This document shows, one piece after another, positions 36,063 to 48,656 of a stretch of DNA of 64,000 bases; within the stretch, counting starts at the first letter, position 1, and each line of letters starts with the position of its first letter. The position numbers and the translations under genes are program-made. The notes under the pieces are model-generated. The model was not told where the DNA came from and made no database searches. It worked only from the letters and a program-made list of their open reading frames with translations. The stretch is from Plasmodiophora brassicae (taxonomy: Eukaryota): NCBI GenBank assembly GCA_036867785.1, contig CP145420.1:310001-374000 (forward strand), written 5' to 3'.

Positions 36063-38153
36063 TCATTTTCGTTGAAGAGCCGACCGAACCACATTTCCGA
36101 TTTCGCCAATCAGCTTGATACTCTTGCCCTTGAACAATTGCGCCAGTTCGGATTCGATGCTTTCTTTCAGCCAGACAGCCTCCGATGTCTTCGACTTGAG
36201 CTACAGTGAGAGAGATTCAGGTTTCAAATTTCACTGGAATGCAGTCTAGCTCTTATCACCTGGCGAGAGAGGTCGCCCATTTGCTCGCCCAGCTCAGTAG
36301 CCTTTTGACGCATGGCTGCTGCTTTCTGTAGGCATTTCGATTCAAGAGTCAGCTGTGATTCAACGGAAGCGACCTATAGCACCAGTCAAACGACGATGAC
36401 GGGAAGTTGTTCATGCAACAACTACCAGACGGTCAACGTATGAGGGTGACACTCGCGTTCGCAGCAATCGCTGCAGCAGGTCATCGTCGAACATCGAAAG
36501 CACATGCTGCACATGAGAAAGTGTTTCTCGTGTCCATGTCGCGTCTCGTCCAAACCGCGATACGGCCTCAGAGCTTCCTTCAAACGTGTCCAGAAAGGAA
36601 GACTATAACGAAAAATCGAGAATTAGCGAGCGCAGAAGGATAAATGATAAACGGTGACGCCGACCTGGGTTTCAAGCTCCTCACATCGATGTTTAAGGAA
36701 ATGTTCAACCTCAAGTAAGTCGATCTTGACCGCCGACCTGAATGAAGCTTGCAGAAGCGATGAGCCTGTTTCTGTGACCGCTAGGTCAACATACGAAATG
36801 AGGTCAGATTGTCATCGAAAACGACAACCTTCTTCCGCGCCAGCTTCCGTTTGGGCAGTGGCAGCATCCTCGGTTGTAATATCCCATTCGATTTCATGCG
36901 GTGCCTCGTCAGGATCAGGAACTTGATCGACCGAGACGGACTCCACCGCACCGTCCCACTGAAGTTCGACAATTTCGGAGGCCTTTCGCGTCAGTCAGAG
37001 ACACACATCTACGTAAATTGATAATACACCTGACACAAACCTCAGCGACCCCCGCTCCCGGATCAGAGATCAAACTCAGCAACGTTGCCTCACTTGGGAG
37101 AATAGCAGATTTCAACGCAACGAACTGCTTCAAAGACACGATCGTCGCTGTCAACAATAAGAATATTTGACAATGGCAGCGATGGAATTCCCTTTACCAT
37201 GTTCGACCGGCTTCTCTCCACGACAAAACGCAAAGAACTGGTCGTAGGAATCAATACACTGCTGGAAAATCGGCCTGAAGAAAGGATAATGATTAGACAG
37301 TCACGTGCACGACCAATTCGTTGCTCATTACTTTTTGCACTCAGCAAGTATCGCACCAAACAGGTCCTGCAGGCGCGAAGTCTGAGCCAGCAGTTGCTGC
37401 CGGGCAGGTAGATCCGGGTCGATCTAAGTACATCCTTGTTGGCGACCGGGAAACGACGCATACTCCTCCAACAGTACATACATCTAGCTGCTTGGCCCTC
37501 TCAAGGTACTTTGCTCTGGCCTGGGCCGCATTCCTATCGCGCTCGAACGCATGCCGTTTGCCGTCCTCGACGTTCTTCGCTAGCGACGCCATTTCGCTCT
37601 TTAACGCCTGTCTGTGCAAACGATGTTCAGCATGAATACACCCCAGACGCATTGAAAGGGCACCGACGTATCGTATTTAACGATTTGCACGACTCGCTGC
37701 CCATATTCGGCGAGAAACAGCTGGTTTCACAAACTCAGACGTTGGTAGAAGTCCGTTTCGCGTCATTTCCTTTACCGATGACTTGCGGTACTGGTTGGCA
37801 ATGGAGTTCCATTTGCGTATCTCTGCCGACTTGTACTGACCAAACAATGTGAAGACCGGGACGCCCTTCTCCGTTTCAATGGCGATCAGCGCTTTGACGA
37901 TTCGTTCGCACTCCCTGAACCCGACAACTTATACGAAGCGTAAGGATACAGGCCAGCGACCGCGCCACAGGTCGGCATTACAATCAAGCTGGGATATTTC
38001 CTGGAGCTCTGCCGACGTCGCCGGCAGCGACTCAAGCTCGGCGGCGATGCGCGCCCGTAACGCAGCGACGCGCACGGCCCAGTCCTTCGGGATCTGATTG
38101 CGGTCTACCAACCACTGGCAAACCTTGTCGTACGGTATGTCGATGGCCTCCAT
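36063..38153 (-). CDS. CDK5RAP3: CDK5RAP3/C53 (UFM1-system ER-phagy adaptor; multi-exon)
   Basis: N-terminus MEAIDIPYDKVCQWLVDRNQIPKDW, and C-terminus IESELAQLFKGKSIKLIGEI. Confidence 0.85.
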
Positions 38154-38434
38154 CCGCCGTTCGCGCCAAATGCCGCAGATCGCGCACTGACGTGGCTCTG
38201 TCCTCTGTGGGCCTGTGGCGTTCTCCGATTGGCACATCGATATCCCTCAGGGATGTGCGTACTTAAAACAGGCAACATTGGCAGGGTGCCATCGGCTGGT
38301 CTACAATCCGCGCTTGACATGAGGGGTGGGACTAGGGTGAGGGGAGGATATCGGGTAGAGGTGAGGCACGCGCAAGCTTCGACGAGTCATCGGTCGTGCT
38401 GAGGGACAGAAGTGTTCGGGAGAGATCTGCTGTC

Positions 38435-39561
38435 ATGCCAGCTGGCGAGGGGAAGGTTCAGCGCCCACTCGGCAAGCAGTTGTCAGCGAGGCAGGTGACC
38501 AAGGGGGATGCGGGGCCCGTGAGCGCGTCAGGTGCGGGGCAGGCGGCAACCGCCAGGACAGCGGACGATGCGAGTGGCGTGGTGGAGTCGTCTCCAGAGA
38601 TCGAGAACTTGCGAGAGCAGATCCGCGTCAAGTCAGAGGAGATCGTCGTTGCAGGCGATCGTCTTAAGAAAGCACAGGCCGCGAACAGAAAACTGCTTCA
38701 ACGCGCAAAGGTTCCTCTCAGAACGTCATGTCGCCGCCTGCGACAGTCGTGCATAATCCCCCCTTTGTACAGGAATTGAGCGCTGCCTTCGACGATGTGG
38801 TGAAAACGGCGGCGGAGACAGAGAAAGCTCTCAGCGACGACAGCAAACGCCACGGCCCGAAGGACCGTGCCGAAGGTGGTGCCGCATGAACCGCATACGT
38901 CGCAAGGGTCTAATCATATCTGCAGTCATTCGCAGCGACATACAGAACCTGAAGAAGCTGCTTGCTATCTTCCAACGCCAGCAGAAGCAGGACCAGCGCA
39001 CAGTTGAAAGGTGGGCCCAATTGCTGGTCATTGCCGGCGGCCATGTGTGTCGCTAACCAACCAATGTCCCCCAGAAACCGTCTGGAGGTCAGCATGTCTC
39101 TGGAGAAGACGCTGTCTAACTTGCAGACGGAGGAGTACGAGCTGGAGAAGGAGTACATCAACCTTGAAAAGGTGCGTGTCTTGATATTCGGTGACACTCG
39201 TGTCCCGGTTGCACAAACCCATAAGCCACCCAGGCTACAGAGAACCGGGAGAAGGCGATCCAGCAGCTCAGGTCCAGGGCGCAGTCGAACCATGGTGCCC
39301 AGTTGCGACAATCGATACGAACAGCAAAGGTTTGCACGCTGACAGACGTCTCGATACCCGACATGAACCTTGCTTCAGAAGCACTTGCAGAAGCGGGAGC
39401 GTAGAGCGGCAAACGACGACAAAACGACTGCCCGAAACAGAGCGGCTATGGATAAGGCGACAAAAGAACACGATGTGCTGTCCAAACTCATCGACGAACA
39501 TTATCTCGAGGAAGACCTAGAAATGTTCCGTGCCGGTCATAAGGCGAAGGCTTCGCTTTGA
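38435..39561 (+). CDS. Hypothetical coiled-coil protein (multi-exon)
   Basis: Heptad-rich segments EIENLREQIRVKSEEI and LEKTLSNLQTEEYELEKEY joined by short introns. Confidence 0.55.
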
Positions 39562-39693
39562 AACGCAGCCAGTACATACATAAAATGCCATATCCTGAGA
39601 GACTTCTGCATTTGGAGCCATTCTGGTAGCAACTGCTTCGTCGACCTCAGGCATTCCGGCTGCTAGTTTACACATGCGGCTTGTATGTGTACA

Positions 39694-42080
39694 TTATCCA
39701 GTGCTTAAGGCAGCTGTAATGAACGCAAATTCGTCCGCGTCGTCAGCAAGCTGAACGTGGGCGTCAGAGTGCTCAACGTGTCCGCGATCATCCCAGATCC
39801 GCATCAGCAGCAAGGCACTTGGATTCGTCTGATGATCCCGAAGTCGCTGCATATACTTCAGTATCGAGTCAAGCGGGACCCTTGAGTCGTGGGCCGAAGC
39901 GGAAATCAGGAGATTCGGATACGCCTGCTTCTTAATGTTCTGCAACAGAATGAGTCTTGGCTTTGGTTCAAATAAACACACAAGCCATACCTGGAAAGGA
40001 GAATACGAGGAGATGTAATCGAGAGCGGACTTGTCGGACGGGTTTCCCCATTCACTGCGCTCCTGGAAGGCTAGAGGACTAGAACTGGGATTCAGCATAG
40101 GAGTCAACACATCCACAAAAGGCGAGTCGAGCACTGCGGCACGAAACAGATCGGGTCGCTCGTTTAGAACCGCAGCAACACATAGGCCTCCCGCACTCGA
40201 ACCCCTTGCGCAGAGCAGATCGGGCGATGTCAGCCCAGATTCGATCAGGTACTCAGCGCATGCGATGAAGTCAGAGAAGGTGTTCTGCTTCCGAACCCCG
40301 CGTCCCGCAGCGTACCTAGGCGACATATACATAAATATACAGAACTTCACGTGGGGACAACGGCATCACCGACCAATTTCTGCCAAGATCGCCCCCTCCC
40401 CTGAATATGCAATGTGTCAGTCTCCGTTTTTCTAATGGCAGATTAAGGCACTCACCGAACGTGACAAAACGCCACTGCAAATCCTTGCAGGAGTGCACTC
40501 GAGTACCGCAAACTGAACTCTGGATCCAAAGGTTCACCATATGCCCCGTACACGACGGCGATAGTAGGCAGTCTGACAAATGCAACCTGTCAAAACTTTC
40601 GCACGCTTGAAGTGGATCTTCCAAACCTGCGATCGTTTCTGCTGAGACGCGGCTTGGTCACCGTAATGGGAACGCGAGCACCGTCACGAGCCGTTGCAGA
40701 TACGACTTCTGTGTGGAATTGGCTCAGCAGCTTCTCGGCAGCAGTCTGCCGCGAAATCTCTTTTAATCGCAAGAGCTGCCAGTTATATTCGAGAACTGCC
40801 TGCAACAACTGGATTCAGAAGCTGGTCCCTAATGGCATTCATCCCTCTCCTACCTCAGGGATAAGCGTTGATTGGAATGTAAAACGGACAGATGACGCGC
40901 TAACACTCTAACATGGCACGCAGGTAAGAGACAATCCACAGACGCGCCCGGCGCACATACTTTGTTAGGGACCGGTGTAATGGCCCCGACCCAGTCTGCC
41001 GGCAGAGACACGTGATGGACACTGACGTGCGAATCGCGATCGGGAACACTCACGGAAAGCACACGAGGCACACCTAAGCAATGTAATCAGGTTGACGGGC
41101 GTTAGAACACAAACGGCAAATTACCAACCTTCCTCACGGACGTACAGAATGATGCTGTCGGCAAAGTATTCGGCGTCTTCGATGACTGTTCCTACAGGAG
41201 GAACGAAGACATCCGACCAGGACTCCAGGTTCCGGATAGGGGCCCTGACGAGTTTGTAATCTGTGGCCCCGTCTGCATTTGTTATCATGTAGAGATATCC
41301 GTTCAGGTGTTCCACAAAGTAATCCAGATTGGGTTCGCGCTTCCGAACGCATTGGAGGTCAAGTTCTGGGTCATCCGCAGCAGCGATCCACGACTCGCAG
41401 GCCATCTTCGACGCAGACGTAACGACAACATACCGGGCGTCTTTTGTCCTGTTGACGTTGACAACGAACTCTGGATCCGTCTCCTCGTACACTGCTTTGC
41501 CTGGACACACGACGGGGCCACCGGCAATCGCATGATGCATTACTCTCGCTGGTCGCAGAAGAGAATCCACGTTCGCGTAAACCACCGAAGCACGACCGGC
41601 CAGCCAAACGACATTCCCAGAGGCAGCAGGAAGCCTGTCAGAGGCGATCGCACCGGTGGTTGTATCCTTGACGAAAGCGTCGAGATGGTCCGGATCGTCA
41701 GTAACGGATACTGTGAAGGCAACGAATCGACCATCGTCACTGGCGGTGAGCGACCTCATCACGGGCCGGTACGCGGCGCTGATCTCCATTAGCTCACAGT
41801 CGCCGTTGACGACGACAGTCTCTCGACCCGTCGCTGCATCGAATCGCCGAACCAGGCTCCCCTCGAAGCTGTACTGCATCCTGCCGTTGCACCCGTCCAT
41901 CGGTGGCAACGACACGTCGACCACAGCGTTCGCAATCTTTTCCGCATCCATCAGGAACGCTCGCGCAGCCGCATCTGGCAACGCCTGACGCCTGAACTTT
42001 CGGAACCGCCGGTTCTCCACCCGTACAGCGTGCAGCGGGTTCAAAACGCGTCGTCTTCGGGTCGCGCGCCGGAACGCCAT
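39694..42080 (-). CDS. Oligopeptidase B / prolyl oligopeptidase family S9A (multi-exon)
   Basis: Beta-propeller N-domain (VYEETDPEF, YFVEH), KQNTFSDFIACAEYLI, the nucleophile GSSAGG, EWGNP, HDSRVP and RGH. Confidence 0.9.
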
Positions 42081-42366
42081 CGCGGCGTCCGGGGCAGCCG
42101 CCGACAGAACCAGAGTCGCAGACGCCGTCAACCCCGTCACCAGCCCGGCAGCAACCAAGTGTAGCTCGGGCCTCGGGCGCGCACACCGAGCAGTCAGAGT
42201 GTAGCCTTCGACTGGGGGGCGGGCGGTTCATGACTACAGGGCAGGTGGTCCTGTGATTTTGGAGCAGCCCTTGGGTCCAGTGTGACTCCTGTCAGAGAGG
42301 GCCCTGGCCTGCAGTCTGCAGGCCAGTTGGGAAACAGGTTCGTTTTGGGGCAGCCGGGCGGTCGCG

Positions 42367-43770
42367 ATGGCGTCGCCGATGGCCTCGCTGGACCCGTGCG
42401 TCGAGCGCACGTTCCGGGGCCATAAGGGCACGGTGCGAGGCGTGTCGTTCAGCCCCAACATGAAGCAGGTGGCGACGGCGTCGGATGACCACATCGTGAC
42501 CGTGTGGAACTTCAAACCGGATCTGCGGGCGTTTCGCTTCACTGGACATACGGTAATCGACCTTTCAGGACCTGGTACGCGAAGAAGCGCCTCATGGTTC
42601 TGTAGTCGGCAGTGATGGGCGTCGATTTCTCGCCGAGCGGGAGGCTTGTTGCCTCTGGCTCCAAAGACGGAACTCTTCGTCTGTGGAAGCCGCGTGTAAA
42701 TGGTGAATCGTCGCTGATCAACGCGCACACGTCCGCTGCTGTGTACAGCGTCTGCTTTTCGGGTGACGAGAAATACGTGCTAACGACCTCCAACGACAAA
42801 AGTGTCAAGGTTCGTTCCGTTAAGGGGATCCGCGAGTCCGGGCTGACCAGTAACCAGAGATGGGAAGTCGACTCGCAGCGGTTCCATTCTTCGTTTATTG
42901 GTCATCAGCACTGGGTGCGCTCGGCACATTTCAGCTCCGACTCTCGGCTTGTTGTTTCGGGGGGCGACGACAAGACAGTGCGCTTGTGGGATGCCCAAAA
43001 CCAAAGCTGTATCCACACGTTCTACGACCATTCAGGGTATGTCTGCTATTTGCTCGTGCATCAATGGTACACATTGAGATCATTTACCATCTAGGACGGT
43101 TAACTGTGTGCGATTCTTCCCCAAGGGGACACTGGTTGCGGGCACTGGAGCCGATTGTTCCATCAAAATATGGGACATTCGGACACAGAAACTGCTCCAG
43201 CACTACAATGCCCACAGCGACGAGGTCAATGTCATCGATTTCCATCCGTCTGGTGATTACCTTGTATCCGGTTCGGACGATACGACGATCAAGGTGTGGG
43301 ACCTCCGTGAAGGCCACCAGCTGTACACAATCCATGGCCACAAGGCCCCTGTGAAATCAGTTGCATTCTCGCGCGATGGGCAATACTTTGCTTCGTCTGG
43401 TGAAGATCGCCTGGTCATGGTATGGAAAACCAACTTTGACGAGCCGTTGCCCGTGGAGACCAGCTTCGAGAAGCCGGCAGTGCCTGTTTCGTCCAAGAAA
43501 CCGGCTGCAGCTGCTGCGCCTCGCAGAATCATGAGAGAGCCAACAGCTCCTCCTACCGAAGGCGCTGACGAACCTGCATCGGAATCGCGTACCGAGAGTG
43601 TCGCACCTTCAGTTGCCCCTTCCGATATCGCGTCAACACTTTCCCACATCGTCAACCAACTCGATGTTATTCGCAACACGATGAATCTGTTCGACCAGCG
43701 TCTGACGCTTCAAGAATCCATGGTCAGTGCGCTTGCAGCGGATAAACAGAAACCGCCTGCAGGGCGCTAA
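42367..43770 (+). CDS. POC1: POC1 centriolar WD40 protein (multi-exon)
   Basis: DPCVERTFRGHK, seven WD40 repeats and the C-terminal Poc1 motif LSHIVNQLDVIRNTMNLFDQRLTLQE. Confidence 0.93.
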
Positions 43771-43831
43771 TCGGCACATGGCAATGTTTGATAAAGAACG
43801 TTTACTACAAGATAACAGTAGCTGCAGTATC

Positions 43832-44819
43832 CTAGTATTCCTTTGACACGTCGAATGGCTTGCGGGGGAAACGAAGCGGCGTTTCAATGTCAGCAAGAAG
43901 CCCAAAGAACAGGAATAGAATAACGAGAAGCATGAATGCCACTATTAGCCCTGACAAAATCTCCCATGTCAGGAAGTCAGTGGGCTGGGAGCCCCCGAGT
44001 TGAACGCTCTGTTGGAAGGTGAGCGAACAATAGAGACGTCACATCAGAGCGTTCGTACTGAATCACTGGCCTTAAGCATTGACCATGTCATATGGCTTTC
44101 GCTGGTGTCCAAAGCAGTAATAACACCAGCGTAGTTGCCATCGCATGCTTCGCTAACCACGTTGACGATATGGCGAAGGTCGTGGGTACTAAGGTCTGGT
44201 GCCGTGACACTTACGATGACAGACATAAAAGTCGCACTGCTCGATAGTTCAAAAGATGCAGCATCCTGGCGAGTTGCGATTGATATCAAGGGCGTCCCAT
44301 CGTACGCTGTGAGGAACGTGGTCGCAGGAATGTGGACGTTGTTGATCTGGACTCGCGTCTTGGCAGATTCGATAACAGGGCCCATGGTGGATGCGTCTGT
44401 CGCCCGCACGTACACGCTTACTACAGGACGATTATATCACGGTCGGAAGGTACACATACCTTCATGGCTGAATGATCCCGCAAGTTGCGCGACTTTCGCC
44501 GGATGCATCGGCCCTTGGGGCGTGACTAGAACCAGAGCTCTAACATGGCCTTTTGTGACCAAGTCCAATGGATACGTCTGTGGAAGGTGTTGGATGCAGC
44601 CATGGTGAAGCATTTTACACGACTTACCGATGTCGTGCATTGCGTTTCTGTCACAAGGGACTCCAGGAAGCACTCGCAGTCGATTGGAGATAGGTCCGGA
44701 AGGGCGACGCTCCTGGCACCAAGCAATGCCACCGGACTCCACATTACCACCGGCGCCCCGAGCACGGCCGCCATCGATAGGGCGGCGGCCCCTAAAGCCC
44801 AAGACGCCGTCGCCATCAT
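43832..44819 (-). CDS. Type I membrane protein, V-ATPase Ac45/VOA1-like (multi-exon)
   Basis: Signal peptide MMATASWALGAAALSMAAVLG. The last exon FLTWEILSGLIVAFMLLVILFLFFGLLADIETPLRF...KEY* resembles the Ac45/VOA1 TM region. Confidence 0.55.
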
Positions 44820-45053
44820 CCCCCGCGATTGTCCGAACAACCGCCAACCGGACGTGAAAAAACGAAAGTCGCATGACGCTGACGCGATTTCCTGAGTCCG
44901 GTTCGAGAGCCTTGAGAGTTGAGATGCGCACACAGCGGCGCCGATAATCAACGCGGTTCCGGGGACAGACCTGCACAGCAACGGAAGTAGTGGACGAACG
45001 GGTTGGAAACGTTTTATTGTGATGCGACAATCGAACCCGATTTGAGGGGAGAT

Positions 45054-45928
45054 TCAAGCAGAATGATCTGGGTCGTGCTCCCCTTTCGCAAGCTCCTTCG
45101 CCCGCCGAGCGGCGTCAGCCGCCTCAACGTACGGCTTCTTGTCATCCTCGCTCATTTTCCGCCAGAAGTCAGCCATCATCTTGCTGGCTTCAGTGAACGT
45201 CACTGCCAAGGAAGAGTCAGTAGACACGATGGAGGTAAACATACGTGTGAACCTGAAGGGTTGGTGCCAACGACTTCACGGTACTTCTGAGCATAATAGT
45301 GGGCGTACGGGTTCAGAGCATATTTAGGAGGTGCGAGTGACTGCACGCGATGGCGGTTGGTCTCAGCTTCCGCTTCGAACGGTTGCTTCTGGTCTTTAGT
45401 CATCGAGTTCCACTGCTTGGAGAGCTCCGTCAGGACTTCCCTAGGCGTGTACTCTACAAATAATTGCCAACATAAGAGGAACGGTCAGACGGCGTCACGA
45501 GAGAAAACCTGGCTTCTTGGCCTTGAGAGCTGAGAACTGCTTCGTAACAAAGACAGTCCACGCAGAACGAGGGTTCTTCGGGTTAAGCTTCCCCATCTCC
45601 TGCTGCCAGCTGGCGCGTTCCGACGCAAACTTTTCGAACAGATCGGCTGCCTCCTTCTCATAAGGAACTTTCTCCCGGTGGGACATCGAGCGCCACTTCT
45701 CAGCCGACTCGGGCAAGCCATCTAATTCAACTACCGTCAGCACATGATCACGGCATGCCCTCGCGCAGTCGACTGACGCCGCCCCATTGGCTGCCCGCGA
45801 AGGAACAACTGGTACGCCGACAGCGGCCGCTTAGGGCGCTCTGGGCCATGCTGCTGCGGGCGACCCGCCAGATAACGAATGCCGGCAGACAGGCCACGAC
45901 TTGGCACGCGTAACCCACGACTCAACAT
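45054..45928 (-). CDS. HMG-box protein, probably mitochondrial (TFAM/Abf2-like; multi-exon)
   Basis: Presequence-like MLSRGLRVPSRGLSAGIRYLA. Three HMG-box starts (PKRPLSAYQLF, PKNPRSAWTVF, PKYALNPYAHY), each with a W..M....K.P(Y/F) helix. Confidence 0.78.
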
Positions 45929-46219
45929 GACGACGAATGCTGTCCCCCCGACGCACGTGCACACTTGTGCGTTGTAACCTCGCCCTTCTGGACGCGATTG
46001 ACGTCGACCCAACCTCGGTGTCCGCCTTCGATTTTTTCCGCGCGGTTTTAGGTTCCTGCCAGAGACGGCCCCCCGTCAAATGGCCTCCTATTTCCCAAAG
46101 GGGGCACGGGCCATAATGGGGATTCGAGCCCCAAATTTTATGACGCCGGCGGCAGCGAGCAGTCAAGGTAGCGTCGAGCTGTAAACGTGAGCATAGAAGA
46201 AGTTTGCCAGATTTCGCCA

Positions 46220-47395
46220 TTATCGTGTAGCTACGTTTTTCGAGTTCGTCGTCTGGCAGGCAGATCCGGTGACGTCGACACACCAGCCGTGTGTCAGGAC
46301 GCGGTGCAGGCGGCACGTCCGCTCGTCGTCGGCGATCGTCTCCATATTCGCGTCCGTGAACAGGCTCCAGACGTTGGCAATGAAGGCGCCCAGGCCGTGG
46401 TCCGGGACGACGGCGTGCAGGCGGTGGCCGTTCGCGTGGGCGATGACGATCTCGGGCGGCTTCTCGTCCGGGACGCATTCGAGGGCCGGATCGAAGCACC
46501 AGTTGAATTCGGTCGGCAGGACATGCACGACTTCGGGGTGCAGGCGCGCGAATCGATTGTAAATGTCCTGGTCGCCCGATTTGAAATGGTTCCCACCCGG
46601 CTGATTCTTCTCCAGGCCTGCCGCGAATTCGTACACCTTTCGGGACCACCCTTTTGCTCGCATGCGCTGGAGATTAGCGAACAGCGTCCCTGAATTCAAC
46701 CCTGCCCAGTGGGGCGGGAAGCCCATCGCCGACCTGGTCGCCTCTGGGATCTGAAACCCGTATCCGGGATCCACCAACGTGTACGCCGTCGATTGTTCCA
46801 CAGCCAAACCCACAAGCTCTTTCGGGCCGAATCGGTCGAACTCGTCGAACGCCCTGCAGGCATCGCGCATCCATACCATGTCGAAATCGACGATGATGAC
46901 CCGATCGATCCAGCCAGGGAGGATCGCATCTGGAACCGCCTTCAGCACGGCGAACGGGTACTGGAAACTGCTTTTCAGGCGGCGATCGGGACGACGAACG
47001 TAATGGTAGAACGCGTCGACTTCGCTGCCGTTATGGGCGACCACCCAGCTGTTGACGATGCCACGTGTCGTGTCATCGGCGACGACGAAGTGCAGTCGAA
47101 GGGGGCAGGTACGGAAGAACAGGAGCGAATTCAGTGCCACATGGAGCTCGGCGTACCGGACCTCGTCTCCCGGTCGGAACCGAACGAACATGGCGATGTC
47201 GATCGGTGTAGTCGGAACCTGGGCAGTGTTTGCTGCTGTGGACAAGTAGGGCGTCATCCGTCGATGTTTCAAATTCGGGATCATGTGCACGAGGCATCCC
47301 GTCAGCAGGATACTGGAAATCAAGACGCCGACCTGGGCAGTGGACGTTGCGTGTCGTCTTAGCCTAGGCAACCAGCCGGTTGCCGTCGGCGTCAT
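46220..47395 (-). CDS. Glycosyltransferase family 8 (LARGE/XXYLT1-like xylosyltransferase)
   Basis: Type II TM, LHFVVAD, DxD motif VIIVDFD, GLNSGTLFANLQRMR, GDQDIYN and LPTEFNW. Confidence 0.85.
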   Translation of the reverse strand: MTPTATGWLPRLRRHATSTAQVGVLISSILLTGCLVHMIPNLKHRRMTPYLSTAANTAQVPTTPIDIAMFVRFRPGDEVRYAELHVALNSLLFFRTCPLRLHFVVADDTTRGIVNSWVVAHNGSEVDAFYHYVRRPDRRLKSSFQYPFAVLKAVPDAILPGWIDRVIIVDFDMVWMRDACRAFDEFDRFGPKELVGLAVEQSTAYTLVDPGYGFQIPEATRSAMGFPPHWAGLNSGTLFANLQRMRAKGWSRKVYEFAAGLEKNQPGGNHFKSGDQDIYNRFARLHPEVVHVLPTEFNWCFDPALECVPDEKPPEIVIAHANGHRLHAVVPDHGLGAFIANVWSLFTDANMETIADDERTCRLHRVLTHGWCVDVTGSACQTTNSKNVATR

Positions 47396-47460
47396 TGTCC
47401 TAATCCGATGGATCGTACGAGTTCGATCGCTGGGCTCCAATAGCCGGTCGTCTGCCCATC

Positions 47461-48656
47461 ATGCCCAGGAGGAAGGCGGTGACGATTCGGCGCCTTGCCC
47501 TTATTATTGCAGTCGTCGTGGCGGCCGTTGTCACGATGTTCGTACTGGTTTCCGCAGGGACGCCCTCCTCCACAACCTATCTAGCGCCGTCGAGTAAGAG
47601 CCCCTGGAAAACGAATGCTAAGACAGCTTTCTGACGCTTGTACAATCAGGTCGAGCGCTGTGGGAGCACCGGTACACAATGGACATCATTCGAAAGAACC
47701 AATTCCGGACAGATTGCGGCGCGGCAAGGTTCCTGGTGGCCCCTCGCTACACGATGGCTGGGTTCGGATCCTCGCTGTTCTTCTACCGAGCTTGCCTAGC
47801 AGCCGCCATCAACCTCGGCCGCGTTCTTATCATCGCCGAGGGCGACCTACCTCATGCGAACCTCCTGGAACCCTGGACGAATTGCCCGATGCCGTCACCC
47901 GACGACCAGGACGTCATGCGGTGCACGTTCTACGGGGACGGCGACATTGACTTTGAAGCGCGAACCGATTCTTCCTATGTCGAACCACCTGCTGCCCTAT
48001 GGCATGTAGGCCGATTGTGGTGGGGAGTGCACGCCCTTGCGTTCCTGGCGCGACCACGAAGCGACCTTGCTCCGCAAGGGTTCGATGCCCATCGACACGC
48101 TGGCATTCATGTGCGTCGTACCGACAAGCACCACGAGGCCCCTGTCGTCCCTGTTATCGACTTCCTTCGGCAACTGGATCACGTCGGCGGGTCGACACCA
48201 ATCTCCGTCCGGGTCGTGACCGATGATCCGGACACCGTTCTGCCTGACTTCGACATATCTCGTCAACGCTGCAGAAGGACTTTCTCGCTAGCAGTGGACG
48301 GCGATCCGGGTCGTACGAACGACAGTGTTATCGACGGTGTCATCAACCTGCAGTACAGCGACCCGCTGGTGGTCACGTTCTCATCCAATTTCGCGCACTG
48401 GGCCATGGCGTTGAAGATTGTCCACGATCTCGAGACCGGGCGCTCCGGCAGGATCGCCGTCCTCGACGCCGAATGGTTCGGGTGGCTCATCGTGGACCAA
48501 TCCAGGCTGCTTGGCGCGGAGTGGATAACGAACGCCAGCATTGCCCGACGAGCTGGCATGTCATGTGGCGGGTCGTTCTACGCTTATCGCGATCTGGCAC
48601 AACGTCGAACGACCTGCACCTGGACGACCGTCCGGTTCCATTATTCATTCAGGTGA
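47461..48656 (+). CDS. Alpha-1,6-fucosyltransferase (FUT8/GT23)-like
   Basis: Exon 1 (47461-47593) encodes a TM anchor. In-frame intron 47594-47649. GIHVRRTDK..EA, VVTDDP and VVTFSSN motifs. Confidence 0.8.
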
